From assembly GCA_002633005.1 (NCBI GenBank), contig NMRA01000088.1, forward strand, positions 616,186 through 680,185: a stretch of DNA of 64,000 nt. Direction: 5' to 3'. Numbering within the stretch: the first letter of the stretch is position 1; the number at the start of each line of letters is the position of its first letter. Positions 13,801 to 26,537 of the stretch are shown here, piece by piece. The DNA comes from Phoronis australis (Eukaryota > Animalia > Phoronida). The position numbers and the translations under genes are program-made. The notes below the pieces were generated by a model. The model saw only the letters and a list, made by a program, of their open reading frames with translations, did no database searches and was not told the DNA's origin.

Positions 13801-16800
13801 CCGACATCACCACCACGTCGTCCACCACGCGGAAGTTCTGACACTGAAAAGACGTTATTTTGATTGTGTTCAAATGAGTTGTAGAAATCAACTGATCGAC
13901 AGTGAGAACAAAAAGTTTATTCCGTTATTTTGCATACACCAGCGCCACGTGTCGTCATGGTCATTGTATAAGTTATCGCCCTTTGTTCTCCCTCTCCATC
14001 TCGATCATAGACATCTTTTTTCTTCCCCTGCCGAGGTGGGATTTGTTTTATGTTAACAAAAAGAAAACAAAAACGGGTTAAAATATATTGGGAAAATCGT
14101 TAATTTTATTGGGGCTCGTCAACCCCACTACGTAAGCCAACACTGCGTGTATTATCTTACTCACATGGAGTACATTTGCCTGCGCGAAAGTAGTTCACTT
14201 CTATCTTTTTGCTCGGTAGACGGCGCTTTTGTAAACATGGTGGCTCGCGATTTCTGTGTTAGGCAGTAGGCCTATCGCGTTTTTTAATCAATGTAAATGT
14301 TACTGAAAAACTGTTGTAAATGCCGACTCAGATTAATCCCCGAACCGGGAATCTAACCGGGGCCAGTCACGTGCGCCTCTACGGTTGTATTTGCATAAAG
14401 AGTGAGTTAAAAGGGGTCTGAATTGAAGGTTAATTGGTGATTTTCGACACATCACTGTGTGACTGTGGCCGCTTGGACTTCGACTTCAGAGTTCAGTTTT
14501 ATCACACCTTACTACTTTGCAAACAAGTCGGATATAATGTTCCCTGGTTTTGAGAATGACGCTATCAACATGTTGTAACAATTTCAGTGCAGGTTCACTA
14601 GTTATACCTCACAGAGTCAGACTGTTAGTGTTTTAATTAGCCAGATGGAACACACCAGACCAGTGCCAGTGTCAGTGACAGCAAATGTCTAGACTTGACC
14701 ACGCGAATACACGTGTTGTTGGGAATAAATGGGAAACGAACAACAGGACAAGGACATGGTCGAAAAAAGTTGATGCCAATGTAACAACTGAATAACATTC
14801 CTATTGTTTAGTGGATTAGACAGTGACCCCCGTCTCTAATTGGCATTTCGTTTTGTTCAAAACTCACACAGCTGCAGAAATCAGCAAGAATGGATGTCAG
14901 CAATCTCATTGCTCAGCCTAAAGCTAGACAGAAACATGTACTAATGGATTGATTCGCCATCTGTTTCTAAGAAGCCAACAGGAGCAAAGAGTTAGTTGAC
15001 CATGGGTATTCAGTATCTGAGGATTATAAACAATCTCACCCTTTCCTGTCAAACATGTCTGAAGATTCAACTGAGCAACTTGATCGGAAACTGTTGTTTA
15101 AAATCAGTACATCTTTGGATGATCTTTACAAGACTTCAGAAAAAGTGTGCTTAGACTTCCCATGAGGAACCTGAATGACACATGGGCTATCACTTCTGTT
15201 ACTATGTGTCATTCACTACATATCGGTATGACTAAGAATGAATTCACTGTAGACATAATGTATGGCATACATGTAGATGTTTGCCAAAAACCCTCAACTC
15301 TGTGCTGTACAGAGGCTATTGACTGCTACGTGCATTCGTCATCATGCGGGCAATGGTGTATGTTTGAACATTTTTCGGATGGCTCACATTTATAGCTTAT
15401 AATTGTTTTTAACATATATTTTTAGCAAAGGTGACATAGTTGATGATATTAATTAGATCGGTGATATATTACATTAAAAATTCTCCAGATTGAGACAGCC
15501 TCCTAAATTCAGAACACAGAAATCATGGCTGAAATTTATTTTTTTCATCCTGAAGTTTGAGGCGTGAGTGATTTGTATATTTTCGTACTTTTCAAATTCC
15601 TAACGCTATGTTGTAGCATAACAGGTTGCAAGAATACTNTCCTGAACAGAAGCTTCAAACTCCGGGCCCCCGTAACTTTCGGGACGCCTGTACACATACA
15701 ACCGCGCTCTGCACAATTCCCCGAGGCAACATATGTTGGGGCCCCCCTCTCTGGTCCCTGATCCGCCACTGGAACAGTACTACAAAACGTCACCACTAGT
15801 TTTTTCATCATCAGTATCAACATCATTAATGTCTCGCAAAAAATTGTTGTTGTTCTGGTATTGTAATTAGTCATAGGTGGATTTAGGCTGATTCAAGCAA
15901 AATTAAACAGCAACAGCGTGAAGCGTGAAGAAATATGGAGTTCACCAACAAGGAACAGGAAGCCACGGAGCGCGGCGGAATCGGGTTGCCGTTTTTTTTT
16001 GGGGGGAACACCAAGTCACATCGCCGGCCCCCGCAACTTTCGGGGCGGCTGTGCATACAGTCGCGCTTTGTCCAATTCTCCGAGGCCCCCATTATGGTAT
16101 CCTAGATCCGCCACTGTTAGTGCACGGCAAAGATCTGCTATACTAAAGTTTGGTGAACTACAGGGCTAATAAGCAAACAAATTGCAGTTCAGTGTGGGAA
16201 CGTCAAAAGCGCAATTAGTTGACCTGTCAACTGTGCTTTTTCTGCTAATTTTATTTTAATCGTAGTGAACCTTTTATTTTCACTTAGTGATAACTAAACC
16301 GTTTCAATGATGTTTTTCGTTTTAAAATTGCTTCAATTAATACTACAGGTACTCCAATATCGTCCGCATTCGTTGCGATTCTATACTAGGGGATTCCATT
16401 AACAGGGAATTCCATGAGTATGCATGACAAGGGAGATAAGTCTTTATTTTGATACATAAACGAGGCGACGAATAAGGATTTTCTCAGTTGCAAGGATTAT
16501 AATTACCATTTTACGAACTTAGTCCTAACTGCTACAAAACTCATTCAAATTACAGCAATGACGAAACGTTTTTCTGCGGTTTATTTGGTGCGGATACGAA
16601 CCGATATGATCTCGCGAGATCCAGCCTCATCACCCGTTTTTCGCGGTATTTTGTAAATGTGATGTGCCATATGTGAACGACTAGTCGCTAACCGACTAGA
16701 GCGTCGTCTTTCGTGAAAATGTCGTCAACCCAGCAATAGTGCATCCAAAAATAGGTCAGTTACACGACACAAAGATGACCGTGTCATTAGTTTGATGACA

Positions 16801-19800
16801 TCAGCTGACCTATTTACTTGGTTGGGAAGTCAGTTTTATTCGTGTGTCTGGCAAGGTGATTAACGATGGAAAATTCCGTGACAGATACTTTTATTTGTCG
16901 CCCTGGCTTGGTTTGCTTAGACGTAGCAATGTCTACAACGCTGAAACGCTCTTGGTTAATAACTCGAAATATGTGACGGCTGAAGAGGGTGAAATGCATC
17001 TCAAGTGAATTTAAACCTTACCTTTCCCGAAGATTTAATTCCTCTACAGAGGCACAAGAAGACGACGACCCAAGCAGCCGTCAGACAAAGGAGAAGTTTC
17101 CAGTGAATTCGTCCCAATTCTGTGATACCTGGACTCAGTTGCAGAACTGTATATCTGGAACATCCAACCCGCATCGTTTGAACAAAAGCACCTTGAAAAA
17201 CACGGATGCTCGAGATTTTTGCCGTGGAGTTTGTTTGTCAACAGAATTATGCACTTCACTTTTGAAAAACCTATGAACCCGCATCCCTTCCAAGACGCAA
17301 ATTTCATTTAGACCACGCTAGACCATTGGTCTCGTTTGTTCCTTGCTCAGGTGAGAAGCGATTTCTGTGTTTGCAATGAGCTGACAGTTCGTTGTTCCTT
17401 GAGACCATGCCAGACACCTTGAAGAGCCCGAGGCTCCGTTTCATTAAAGTAACTTAATACAGAAAGTTAGTCTTAAGCTCTCACTTCACTGTTGCTAAAT
17501 AAAGGTTTAGCCAAGTACTTACGAGCACATCAGATTCTAGGCATACGTAATAGAAATAATCTCAGTAAGTTGCAGTTACTTGAATATTCTCAGAGACTGT
17601 ACTTTAGCTCAAGTGAGATTTAATTATTTTTCAAAATTGTTATGTGGAACTAGGACCAAAATTCTGTCTTATATCGCTTTTCATGAAACATTCCCCTGAT
17701 CTCAAGAAATAACAAAATTTCCGTTCTTTGGAATCTTTGAAATCATCACCAACTTGTCTGAGGATCAAATTGATACCGATTACATAACAATAATTGGTCT
17801 AAATCAGAGGTTGTTTTTGTGTTACAAGATGGGCTACTGTCCCTTTAACATGTGCGTTATCTCGCGCAGACTTAATATCCAAAGTGACCCATCTTCTTCT
17901 CTCACGGCCCGTGCGGGCGTTCTTCATAACAACGTCATTTTCTCATTAATACAGATCGAGATGTAGTATTTTTCTTATGAACCGCATTCTAGTTTCATAA
18001 AGGGAACAGAATTGCGGCACTTGATATAAGACAAGTATTTAAGGCACGGGGAATAGGAGAAGACATGTGCGGCACTTGCAGTGGAGGAACGTTGTCTGCA
18101 TTAATACATTAAATCGGAATACATGTAACTTCTGGATTGTGTCGGAGCGTGAAAACCGCAGTGATTGTCAGTTTAGTTGAGCAAAGAAAGAAAGAGTTGG
18201 ACAAGGAAAGAAAAACTGGGCAAAGAGCTCCTTTCAAACACAATTCTGAACATTACATTACATAACATTACGTTACATTACATTGCATTACATTACACTA
18301 CATTACATTACATTACATAACGTTACATTGCAGGCCATGAATTTTGAACCTTTATTAGTACTACTGTTCAATTTTGTTGTCAATTTTCCTCGCAATAGAA
18401 TTTGGTTCACGCGGAGTTCTACGTAAAAACAAAAGAGGTAGAATCGTTTGACCCAAGAATATGGACGACGCATAAGTTCACGAACATTACCGGGCGACAA
18501 TATGTGTCGAGTTTACACGCCGTCAACATCAGCACAGATTGTCGTCAGATTGACAGATGTCCCGGGTGTATGTGCCGTTAGCGGCACATAATGTCGCACG
18601 CTTAGTACGACAACACTCGGCAACTGTCGACCAACATTTATGTTAAAACGTAGTCTACTTACCACGGTTTTTGATACATAGGCGGATCCAGAGGCAAGGG
18701 GTTCGGGAAACCGTTAAAAACCCAAAACGGGGCTGCAGCAAGTCGAACTGTTCAAAGATAAGGTGACAGCTCATGATGGTTTGCATATCCACGCCCGACG
18801 CTAGCCTCGTTTGCGGGAGCGTTGATTTTGCAAGGGGCCTTGGGATACTTAAACATTTGTTTTATGGCGTACCACTATACAGGATGTACATTTCCCAGCG
18901 TCGACAACTGGGGTAGAATATTTTCCCTTCCTACCTTTAGATTAAATTTTATTTCTAGGCTTAAAATAGAGAATTTCTTGAAAGTTTTAGAGTTCAACCA
19001 TGCAAAGCTTTTGACCCTAGATGTATTTGTGGAAAATCTTTTTGTACGCGCTCGCTGGGCGTACATGTAGACGACTGGGTTGTTGGCGGAAATCTCCAGT
19101 AAGACAGATTGTTAAGTTCGTTTTACTTCATTGTATTAAGTTGAAAACGTCAGGCACACTTAGCACCAGTTTTCTGGAACGGACTAAAGACAACCCTAAG
19201 TTTTATCTTAAAACTGACTTAAGTTTAAGATAAGTCTTTGTGTAACGGGCCATTGGTTTCTATTTCCATGATTTGGCCATGCGCGAGATTACTTTTTATA
19301 ACTTCACGAATATTTTTCTAAACTTGTGGAGACTTTGTTAAAGCTAACGAAGACATTGCTAAAGTTCTAGAATGCTCTGCTTAACTTCTGGAAGATTTTT
19401 TAAAAACTTTACAGAGAACTCATTCAGCTTTACTCACAGCCAGTATTCCTCCGCTGGTGTTATGGTCTTGCTAGCGTTGCCGACTACGGTCATATTTGTA
19501 GTTCGGTTAATGTTGAACAGTAGGGATGAACTGGTCGCGTTGGACGTAATTTCTACGCAGTTGGACGACAAGTTCTGGCAATGGGTCCACGGTAACTCCG
19601 ACGTGAAAGAGCTCCCCAGGTAGAATAGAACCCAGGCGTTGATGGTGTTGTAGTAAATGGAGCAAATGATAACCAAAATTGACATTCCATATCCAAGCCC
19701 TAGAAAAGGAAACCTGCACGTGCACTTTGTTGAAGTCTAAGCATGTGCGCACCCAGAGGGACTCCCACTATTTGGCGAAGTGGGCAAAAAGGTCCGCCCC

Positions 19801-21769
19801 TGAGGGACAAAAAGTTCGAGAAAATCGGACAAAAGTCCACTAAATAAGCGCAAACGCGCACTTCACAGTGGTCCGCCCGCTGTTTTGTTAGCGAAAGGTC
19901 CACGACGTCAAGAATTCGAGCCCCATATTGAAGGCTGGGTGTGCGCATGCTAAGTAAACGTTTCAACGATACAAGTATTCCTGTTTGTACCACCTTGTAG
20001 CCCAATACATGTAGATGGCGTAATCCGCTGGCTGGAACTGCTCCCATCCAGCGGAATGAGTTATGAAATCATGACGCTACAATGTGTGAGAGTGTGCTAA
20101 AAAGTCTGTATCTCACTGACTTGGGGGGGATAAAGAAATTTGTTATTTTTTCAAAGTAAGTAGCACTTAATTCCTATTTTACCGATTTCAAGCTCAGCGC
20201 GTTAGCTAATATTACTCGGTAATTTGAACAAGAAGAACGTGGAGCGCTGAAATGCGGCCACGACAACACTACAGACGGTGTTCTACTACGGGTTTCTTTA
20301 GTATCATAAAATGACCATTATACATGTATGTCGCAGAATACGTCAAACCTGCCCGAACTGGAAAGGTGGCATCGTCTCTCTAACACATTTATTTCCAAAT
20401 TTCATGAAAAAAACCAAAAGAACTCCAAGATACAGAGGCCAACGTAAAAAATAAAACTGACACCAGAGGGCACAGCTAGAGTACGATTGGTCTGAAACTC
20501 GTCATCATCTGGTGCAATCTCCACAAGAGCACAACCGCCAAATTTCGCAAAGATCCTTTAAGGGCTAAGAAGATACAGCCGAAGATGCAAAAAAAATTGC
20601 CCTTAGAGGGCTCCAGAGTAGTCGAAACTATTTGAAAATAAACATCAGCTGCGGTATTCTCACCAGGAACACAACCATCAATTTCATGAAGATCCTTTGA
20701 GTGACTTGGCAGAAAGAGAGGTGGACGAAGATACAGAGGCGAACGAAAAAAAAAATTTTGCCCTAGGGGGCACAGTCGTATTCGGATCAGTCCGGCACTC
20801 TTTACCGTTTGTCGTTAGCTCCACACGCACACATCTTTCAAATTTCACAAGCTCCTTCAAATCCTTAATATGAATATGTGGATGCATAATAATTGCAGGT
20901 CATGTGAACGATGTAAAAAGCCCTGAACCTTGTAAAAATGCAAATTTGTCAACATTCTGCGTCAAATGTCCTATTCCTGATGCTTCAGATTAAAAAGAGT
21001 GGCCTGATCTCCGTGCATCTGATTTTTCATCGGTAAATCTTTGCTGAAATTTTAGAGCAACAAAATCGGTATTTCAAGACCGACATCTTGAATAAATGTT
21101 TTAGGCAGCCCAAATGAATAAGACTATTCAAATTTGCCGTTATACACCCTCATTCACATCACCAGGAGACTGGAGACCAATCGTGGAAAACGATATGCAA
21201 TAACAATAAAACCAGCAACAACGTCGACGAAGACAACAACAACAAAAATTAGACAAGGATGCCAATTACCGTACAATACGAAAACGATTGCTATGTAAAC
21301 GCTCATGCAGCGGTTTAATCCAAGGTGATCCACAATTTTAATCGCAACATTATAGTAAATCCTAATTTTCCATTTTACGTTTGTATTTTGATTATTTGTG
21401 TGGTTCTTTAACTGATGAGGTTTTACAATAAATGATGAGATAGGATACCCACCTGTAAACAAGGGGCATATCTTCCAAACGTGAAGGGGGCCAACTCCAG
21501 AAAATTGACCAAGTCCAACTTCCAGGAAGAACAATGGTACCCCGCAAGTAAACAGGAAAAAGAAATACGGAATAAGGAATGCACCTGAAAACAAGAAAAT
21601 CTTATTAATAAATTAACCATAAAATTTGCCATCAAAGATCCCACTAAACTTACCAACACTAGTCAAAACTTACACTTATTGCCAATTTTGGAACTTCTTC
21701 ATCAGAATCATGTTTTTTATTTCCCTTCTCATTATCATTATGATAATAACAATAATAATAATAATAATA

Positions 21770-21817
<48 letters not shown>

Positions 21818-23530
21818 ATAGCTATCAAATAATACGCAAATACGCACATGCGTCGTAGACAAAAATAAAAAAAAATAAAAAAACTGTCAAAACCTCTGTC
21901 AACATCAAATTTTGTGGCATAATTTGTGAATGCTTAGTAACAAGCAGCCTAGATCGAGTTCATCATAAATACGAGTAAAGGGTAAGTATCATCTCATATC
22001 AACTACCAGCAGACAATACAGTAAATCTTATCCGTGACGCCTCATACATACTGTACAGTAAATAGGACGAGCCTAGTTCAGTAACGCTAGGACCTACGCT
22101 AGGAACCCGCTAAAATCTAGCAAAAATCACGTCTTCTCATTTAAAATGCAAGGCAATATGTCACGTTATCTTGCTTTTTGCGAGGACCTAGCGTTACTGA
22201 ACGGCTGGCTGGGGCTTAGGGTGCGCACGCATCGTTTCCGCTATGGATAAAAACAGAGGTCAGTGGAGTTGAGGGCTTTGCATAAAAGTTATATAACACT
22301 ATCACTGAGGCGAACACTGGATAACAACAACGCCACAGCACACTATCGGGCACGTTGCTAGTGCTGAATAAATATGATATGGGTTTTTGAAACTCGAACT
22401 CAAACTTCTTGTTCATTATTTTCTATTCAAAATCGGTGCAAACTAAAGATACGTGCTCACTGAATATTCATGCAATGCTCGAATTTTGGATCTTTTGGAT
22501 GATTGTCTAAGCCTAGTTCGCACTTAACGACCTAATCATTAAACCTAAAAACAAACGTTTGAAACTATAAAATTGTTGCGTACGAATTCGATCGTCTCAT
22601 CTCAAAATCTCGATTTTGGCAACTCGAATTTGAAGCTCATATCTACAGATCTCCAAGCGCGAACTAAGCTCATCTGCGTGAATCATATGAACACTGCCCA
22701 GTAGACACTTGTATTTTGAAGTTCAGACAAAGCCTCATCAGAGATTTGTTAGCCACTAGATTTCTGGGAAGGTGTTCCATAACAAAAAATTACCGCGAGA
22801 TCAGAAACTAGACAAAGCATATTTTAATGCAAAAACAGAAAAGAGAATTCGTAGATTTTTAGCCGTAAATGTTGAATTCTTCACAGAAGCGTTTTGGGGC
22901 TTTTAAAAGAACTTGCTACGCTCATCCGATCCCCAAATGTTGGCGAATGAGCCGACAACTAAGTTACAGGCAAAGCGTACATGCACCATCTTAGAATTCG
23001 CAATTTTAGTGTTGGCCAACACCAATAAAGACTGACGCGTTTTCTTAAGTCGCCGATGGTTTCGAGGTTCATGTTTCTGAACGAGGGTAGAATCCTATCA
23101 CTCTAAGGAATATCGTGAGAGGCCTAAATTCGATTTTAGCTAGCTAAACAGGGTGATATGCAGCTTTAAAGTGAGCCAATACCATGAACGTTATTGCACG
23201 GTGAAACCAACTCAAGACTGGTAAACTCATCCATAGCCAAATTGAGGATTAAAGCCTTCCACTGGTGAAAACTGAGTTGATTGATTGGCGAGCACTTGTT
23301 TGTCTTGTTAATGCATGTACCCGGTGCAAATATTTCCCACCATAGACACCAGCCCTGAGTACAAACGCTAACATTATCTATGTATCTTTACAAGAAATTC
23401 TAACCTGTGCTTTATAGATGTTATTACCAGAGTAGTCACAGCACTGAGTGGCAGCAGTGATACTGGCAGTGACCAATTTGCCTAACAGCAGTAACAGCAA
23501 TGACATAATTCCACTGGAAGCAGTAGCCGT

Positions 23531-23561
<31 letters not shown>

Positions 23562-26537
23562 AAAACAGCATCTCCTTTCACGAGCAAAGCAACTCTGTTC
23601 AGTCAAAGAGCATTCTTCTCTCACGAAACTGAGTTGTTTTCTGCCAGCAGTAAAAAGCATAGTTGCTCGTGAGAAAGAGCATCGCTTGTTTGAAAAAAAC
23701 GTGGTTCAAGGCAACAGAACTGTCCCGGCAAGATAAACATATTATTGCGCGCTAGGAAAGAAGCGAGAATAGCGCGTCACCCATCGTGTGCGTAGCATTG
23801 GCTACATCGCTGATACAAGAGATGGTCATTCCCACTTAACAGAGCTATGCTAGTAAACTATATAATAAGCTCTACAGGGCCAGAAGCACGTCAGAAATGC
23901 TTTCCTCAATAGGAACACACTTGACACCTTTAATCGTGATTTTTCAAGACGTTTGGGGGGTAGAAAGGCATACTGCGAAGGGCTCAAAACCACTAGGGAG
24001 CGCATAGTGGGTCACAATTGCCTTTAGGCGACTCCGCGGCAGTCGAATTTGTCCTCAAGTCCACGACAGTTGTATTCGTCGCAGTACTAACACATGCCAA
24101 AGTTTATGAAGATCCGTCAAGCAACTTGTATTGAGCCATTTATGATTGGCTGCAAGAGGGCGCCACAGCAGTCCGACCGGACCAAAACTCATCGTTAGCC
24201 ATGCACGTTTCATTAAGAACATAATTATGCTTATTCTCATTGATCCTTAGAGTGATTTGGCTGATAGAGGGGCCGACGCCGAAGACCAGACGCAAATATA
24301 ATCAAAATGGCATACAGCACGTCGAATCTATACGAAAATGGAAATGTGTTATCGCCTCGTTAATAGAAACCTATTTGCCATCATGTTTCATGAAAACCCG
24401 TCAAGGAACTGAAGAAAACGTGAAAAATAGATATCGTTATTAAGGGGCTCAACGGTTATCGCATCCGTTTGAAAGATGTTGTCATCCGCCAGTTGAAGTG
24501 TTCCTAGAAAAGCACCGTTCTAATTTAACAAATATCCTGCAAGACGTTTCGGCATCTACCATGATACAAAAACAGTATGCAAACAATTCAAGTCCTGTTT
24601 CCGCATTAGATACAATACCACGGTTACTATATGACTTTGCCTGCTCACACAACTTACCGCCCCCATTACTCATACACAAGTAGGGAAATCTCCAAATGTT
24701 GCCAAAGCCAACAGTGAAGCCTAGGAGGGACAATAAGAATTCCACTTTACTTCCCCAGTTTCCACGCTCTTCGGTTTCATCTTCGCTCGAGCCGTCGGTA
24801 GTTGATTCGTCTGCAGATTCTTTTATTTCCTGCAAAAATGTTATTCATGCAAGAACGATTCACTCTGACGATTCTTCAGACAGTACGATCGGAGATTGTT
24901 TCAAGCTAGTACCCTGTGGCATTACGTTTAACGTAATGCATTATCTCGCTAGTGTTTCTCAGCGCAAACTAGCAAAATGGCAGTAACCGAAATCCGTTTC
25001 ACTACAGGGCTTGCGACTTTTTGGTCTAACGTCTGGTATACATTTGTGCCCAGGAACACCGATAGAGGGTGGCGAATTTTTCGCGAAAATCTAGTCACCA
25101 CTTCCCAACATTAGTCCATAATTTTTACTTGATTTGACTTGCTGTAGTTTATACCCAACAAATGCTACGTTTTATTTAGGAATTCGGGTTGTTTTCAACG
25201 AGATATCAATTTTTAATCAAAAAGGCTCGCGGAACTAATGTCATGACTCTTTACGGATACACAGTTCACTTGTCCTCAACTCGTTTGTCAGACGAACTTG
25301 ACTAAAGCACTGTTCATATGCAGCACAGACACTTCAAATTTACATTCGTATACTTGAAAAAATTTCATAACCCTCCGTAGTATGGCGTGTTATGTGTTGC
25401 AAAATTCAATGTTCAAAAAATTAGGTTTGATGTAATTATGTGTATTCGATACCTTATATTTATATTTGATCTTATAGTTTGTACATTTGATGTCAAAATA
25501 TTTATATTCCATAATGAAAATACTTATGTGCGATAACTTAGTATATATGTTCGATGTTTCGTTTTATATGTTCGATGTTTCGTTATATGTGTTCGATGTT
25601 TCTTTTGATATGTTCAATAACGGAATTATGAGTATTACGAAACGACGTCCCTGATTGGTTCCTGGAATTAAATAAATGGCGGCTACCGAAGAAGAGTACT
25701 GTTGCTTCCTCATTTTTTCGACAATTTAGCCCATTTCATCGATATTTGTGAACATGGGTAAATAACGTCTCAACACAGCTGACCAATCACGGCCGTCGTT
25801 TCAGTTTACCCAGAGTTCCATTATCGAATATAACCGGAAGACATCGAACGAAAACTTGACATTATCGAATACATACATGAACATCGAACAGAAATTTTCA
25901 AAACATTGAATACAATTGTAATGAACATTGAATACATATAATCTTATGAAACATAAATGTAGATAACATTGAATATAAGATCAAATATAAATATAAGAAG
26001 ATCAAATATAAATATAAGAAGATCAAATATAAATATAAGAAGATCAAATATAAATATAAGAAGATCAAATATAAATTTTAGAAAGATCAAATATAAATAT
26101 AAGAAGATCGAATATAAATATAAGATATCGAATACATATAATTACATCAAACCTAATTTTTTTGAACATTGAATTTTGCAACACATAACACGCCATGGCC
26201 ATATCCGTGTAAGCATAATTATATGGGATACAAATTGTTATTCCAGGAGTTCAGTCAATGATTACAGCAGATCATGTTTGTTTCAGTCTGGGTGTATGAC
26301 CGAACACTGAACCCGCATGCATAAGAAATTACATCTGTACCTAGGTGCAAATTTGCATCCGATACACATTGGCATAGGATGGAAATCTCGATCACGTGAT
26401 CGTGGCTTAAGCTGTGAATGAAATGCGTGTGACCTTACGGTGTGATACCGCCAGACTTGATTGTGCCTAGACGTTTTAAATGCGGTCCTGTTTGCGGATA
26501 GATAGACACCTTCCAGGGAAGGTGGGAGGTCGCGCAT
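1796..26537 (-). CDS. SLC6: SLC6 Na+/Cl- dependent amino-acid transporter, glycine-transporter-like, gene A (multi-exon; last exons outside window)
   Basis: Spliced exons give ERGNW...[16 protein letters not shown] (TM1), [31 protein letters not shown] (TM6), [16 protein letters not shown] (TM8). All introns GT-AG with matching phases. Left bound is the last exon in the window; right bound uses the candidate start exon. Confidence 0.93.
3183..3282 (-). CDS. SLC6: Gene A exon, TM10 ([34 protein letters not shown])
   Basis: 100 bp, tttccAG| ... |GTGAGT. Confidence 0.95.
4439..4570 (-). CDS. SLC6: Gene A exon, TM8-TM9 ([44 protein letters not shown])
   Basis: 132 bp, tttttAG| ... |GTAAG. Confidence 0.94.
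4625..5025. mobile_element. Degenerate MITE related to 62871-63271
   Basis: Imperfect inverted arms (ttttggcattttcta / agaaaatgccaaaaa; ...gagtacaaagatta) shared with the 62.9-kb copy; ends approximate. Confidence 0.6.
5689..5801 (-). CDS. SLC6: Gene A exon, EL4-TM8 ([38 protein letters not shown])
   Basis: 113 bp, ttttcAG| ... |GTACG. Confidence 0.96.
6435..6840. mobile_element. MITE with about 70-bp imperfect TIRs
   Basis: ctggttgca...aattttcagcacatttgtagact pairs with agtccacagatgcgctgaaaattt...tgcaaccag. Confidence 0.7.
7713..7837 (-). CDS. SLC6: Gene A exon, TM7 ([42 protein letters not shown])
   Basis: 125 bp, tttcAG| ... |GTAAA. Confidence 0.95.
8862..8994. mobile_element. GC-rich MITE, CAGTGGCGGAT...ATCCGCCCCTG, 5-bp TSD
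   Basis: TIRs; flanks AGTTG/AGCTG; close relative at 34432-34588. Confidence 0.8.
10043..10146 (-). CDS. SLC6: Gene A exon, TM6 ([35 protein letters not shown])
   Basis: 104 bp, tttcAG| ... |GTATA. Confidence 0.95.
11632..11766 (-). CDS. SLC6: Gene A exon, TM5 ([45 protein letters not shown])
   Basis: 135 bp, ctAG| ... |GTGAGT. Confidence 0.95.
11941..13160. repeat. Two related repeat fragments (about 11941-12250 and 12735-13160) flanking a copy of a MITE also found at 47806-47981
   Basis: Both fragments start aatagRccatgggcc..agctccagtc and share gatatctgaaaagt, attgaacaaga, aatgctgcata; 12301-12460 matches 47815-47980. Confidence 0.65.
15872..16116. mobile_element. MITE with perfect 5-bp TSD (TTAGT); partial sister copy at 15640-15771
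   Basis: CATAGGTGGATTTAGG ... CCTAGATCCGCCACTG; TTAGT at 15867-15871 and 16117-16121. Confidence 0.8.
17022..17154 (-). CDS. SLC6: Gene A exon, TM4 ([44 protein letters not shown])
   Basis: 133 bp, ttccAG| ... |GTAAG; translated manually, not in ORF track. Confidence 0.95.
17430..17700. mobile_element. Palindromic MITE family (related pieces near 6860-7110, 45330-45570, 47550-47760, 59400-59640)
   Basis: Shared gtttcatgaaa / ggtcttaMgct / agaccaaaattctgtctt motifs; boundaries approximate. Confidence 0.55.
18250..18330. repeat. (TTACA)n pentanucleotide microsatellite
   Basis: acattacattacataacattacgttacattac... Confidence 0.9.
19438..19699 (-). CDS. SLC6: Gene A exon, TM3 and EL2 ([18 protein letters not shown]...PAEEYWL)
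   Basis: 262 bp, ttctAG| ... |GTGAGT, phase 1-2. Confidence 0.95.
19741..19950. mobile_element. PIF/Harbinger-type MITE with TAA TSD (related copies at about 8175-8420 and 26976-27218)
   Basis: GCATGTGCGCACCCAG ... CTGGGTGTGCGCATGC flanked by TAA on both sides; core gggcaaaaaggtccgcc shared with other copies. Confidence 0.8.
20227..20890 (+). mobile_element. Helentron/HINE-like element with degenerate internal tandem repeats
   Basis: Start aacaag..gcgctgaaatgcggccacgac shared with 27353; repeating ccaaatttcatgaa / gatacagaggc / ccactagagggc units. Confidence 0.55.
21453..21584 (-). CDS. SLC6: Gene A exon, TM2 ([45 protein letters not shown])
   Basis: 132 bp, tttcAG| ... |GTGGGT, phase 1-1. 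Confidence 0.95.
21742..21818. repeat. Compound (AAT)n(GTT)n microsatellite
   Basis: Read directly. Confidence 0.95.
23515..23562. repeat. (GCA)n/(GTA)n microsatellite
   Basis: gcagcagcagcagcagcagcagtagtagta. Confidence 0.85.
24658..24829 (-). CDS. SLC6: Gene A exon, N-terminus and TM1 (EIKES...[37 protein letters not shown])
   Basis: 172 bp, tttttgcAG| ... G|GTAAG; SLC6 TM1 signature. Confidence 0.93.
25382..26196. mobile_element. Foldback element with about 90-bp near-perfect TIRs and internal tandem subrepeats
   Basis: atggcgtgttatgtgttgcaaaattcaatgttcaaaaaa... inverted at 26125-26196; 21-bp unit aagatcaaatataaatataag repeated about 7 times at 25977-26125. Confidence 0.85.
26439..26537 (-). 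CDS. Gene A candidate first coding exon ([33 protein letters not shown])
   Basis: ATG at 26537 with in-frame stop upstream; acceptor ttaacAG before 26561; phase-0 donor ACC|GTAAGG fits the phase-0 acceptor at 24829. No homology support. Confidence 0.4.

Noticed and set aside
14460-15400. Coding-looking stretch in a gene A intron
   Set aside because: Only short frames and no motif I recognise; may be a decayed transposon and needs BLASTx.
21626-23672. Poly-I/V, poly-N/Y, poly-A and poly-C ORFs
   Set aside because: Translations of microsatellites.
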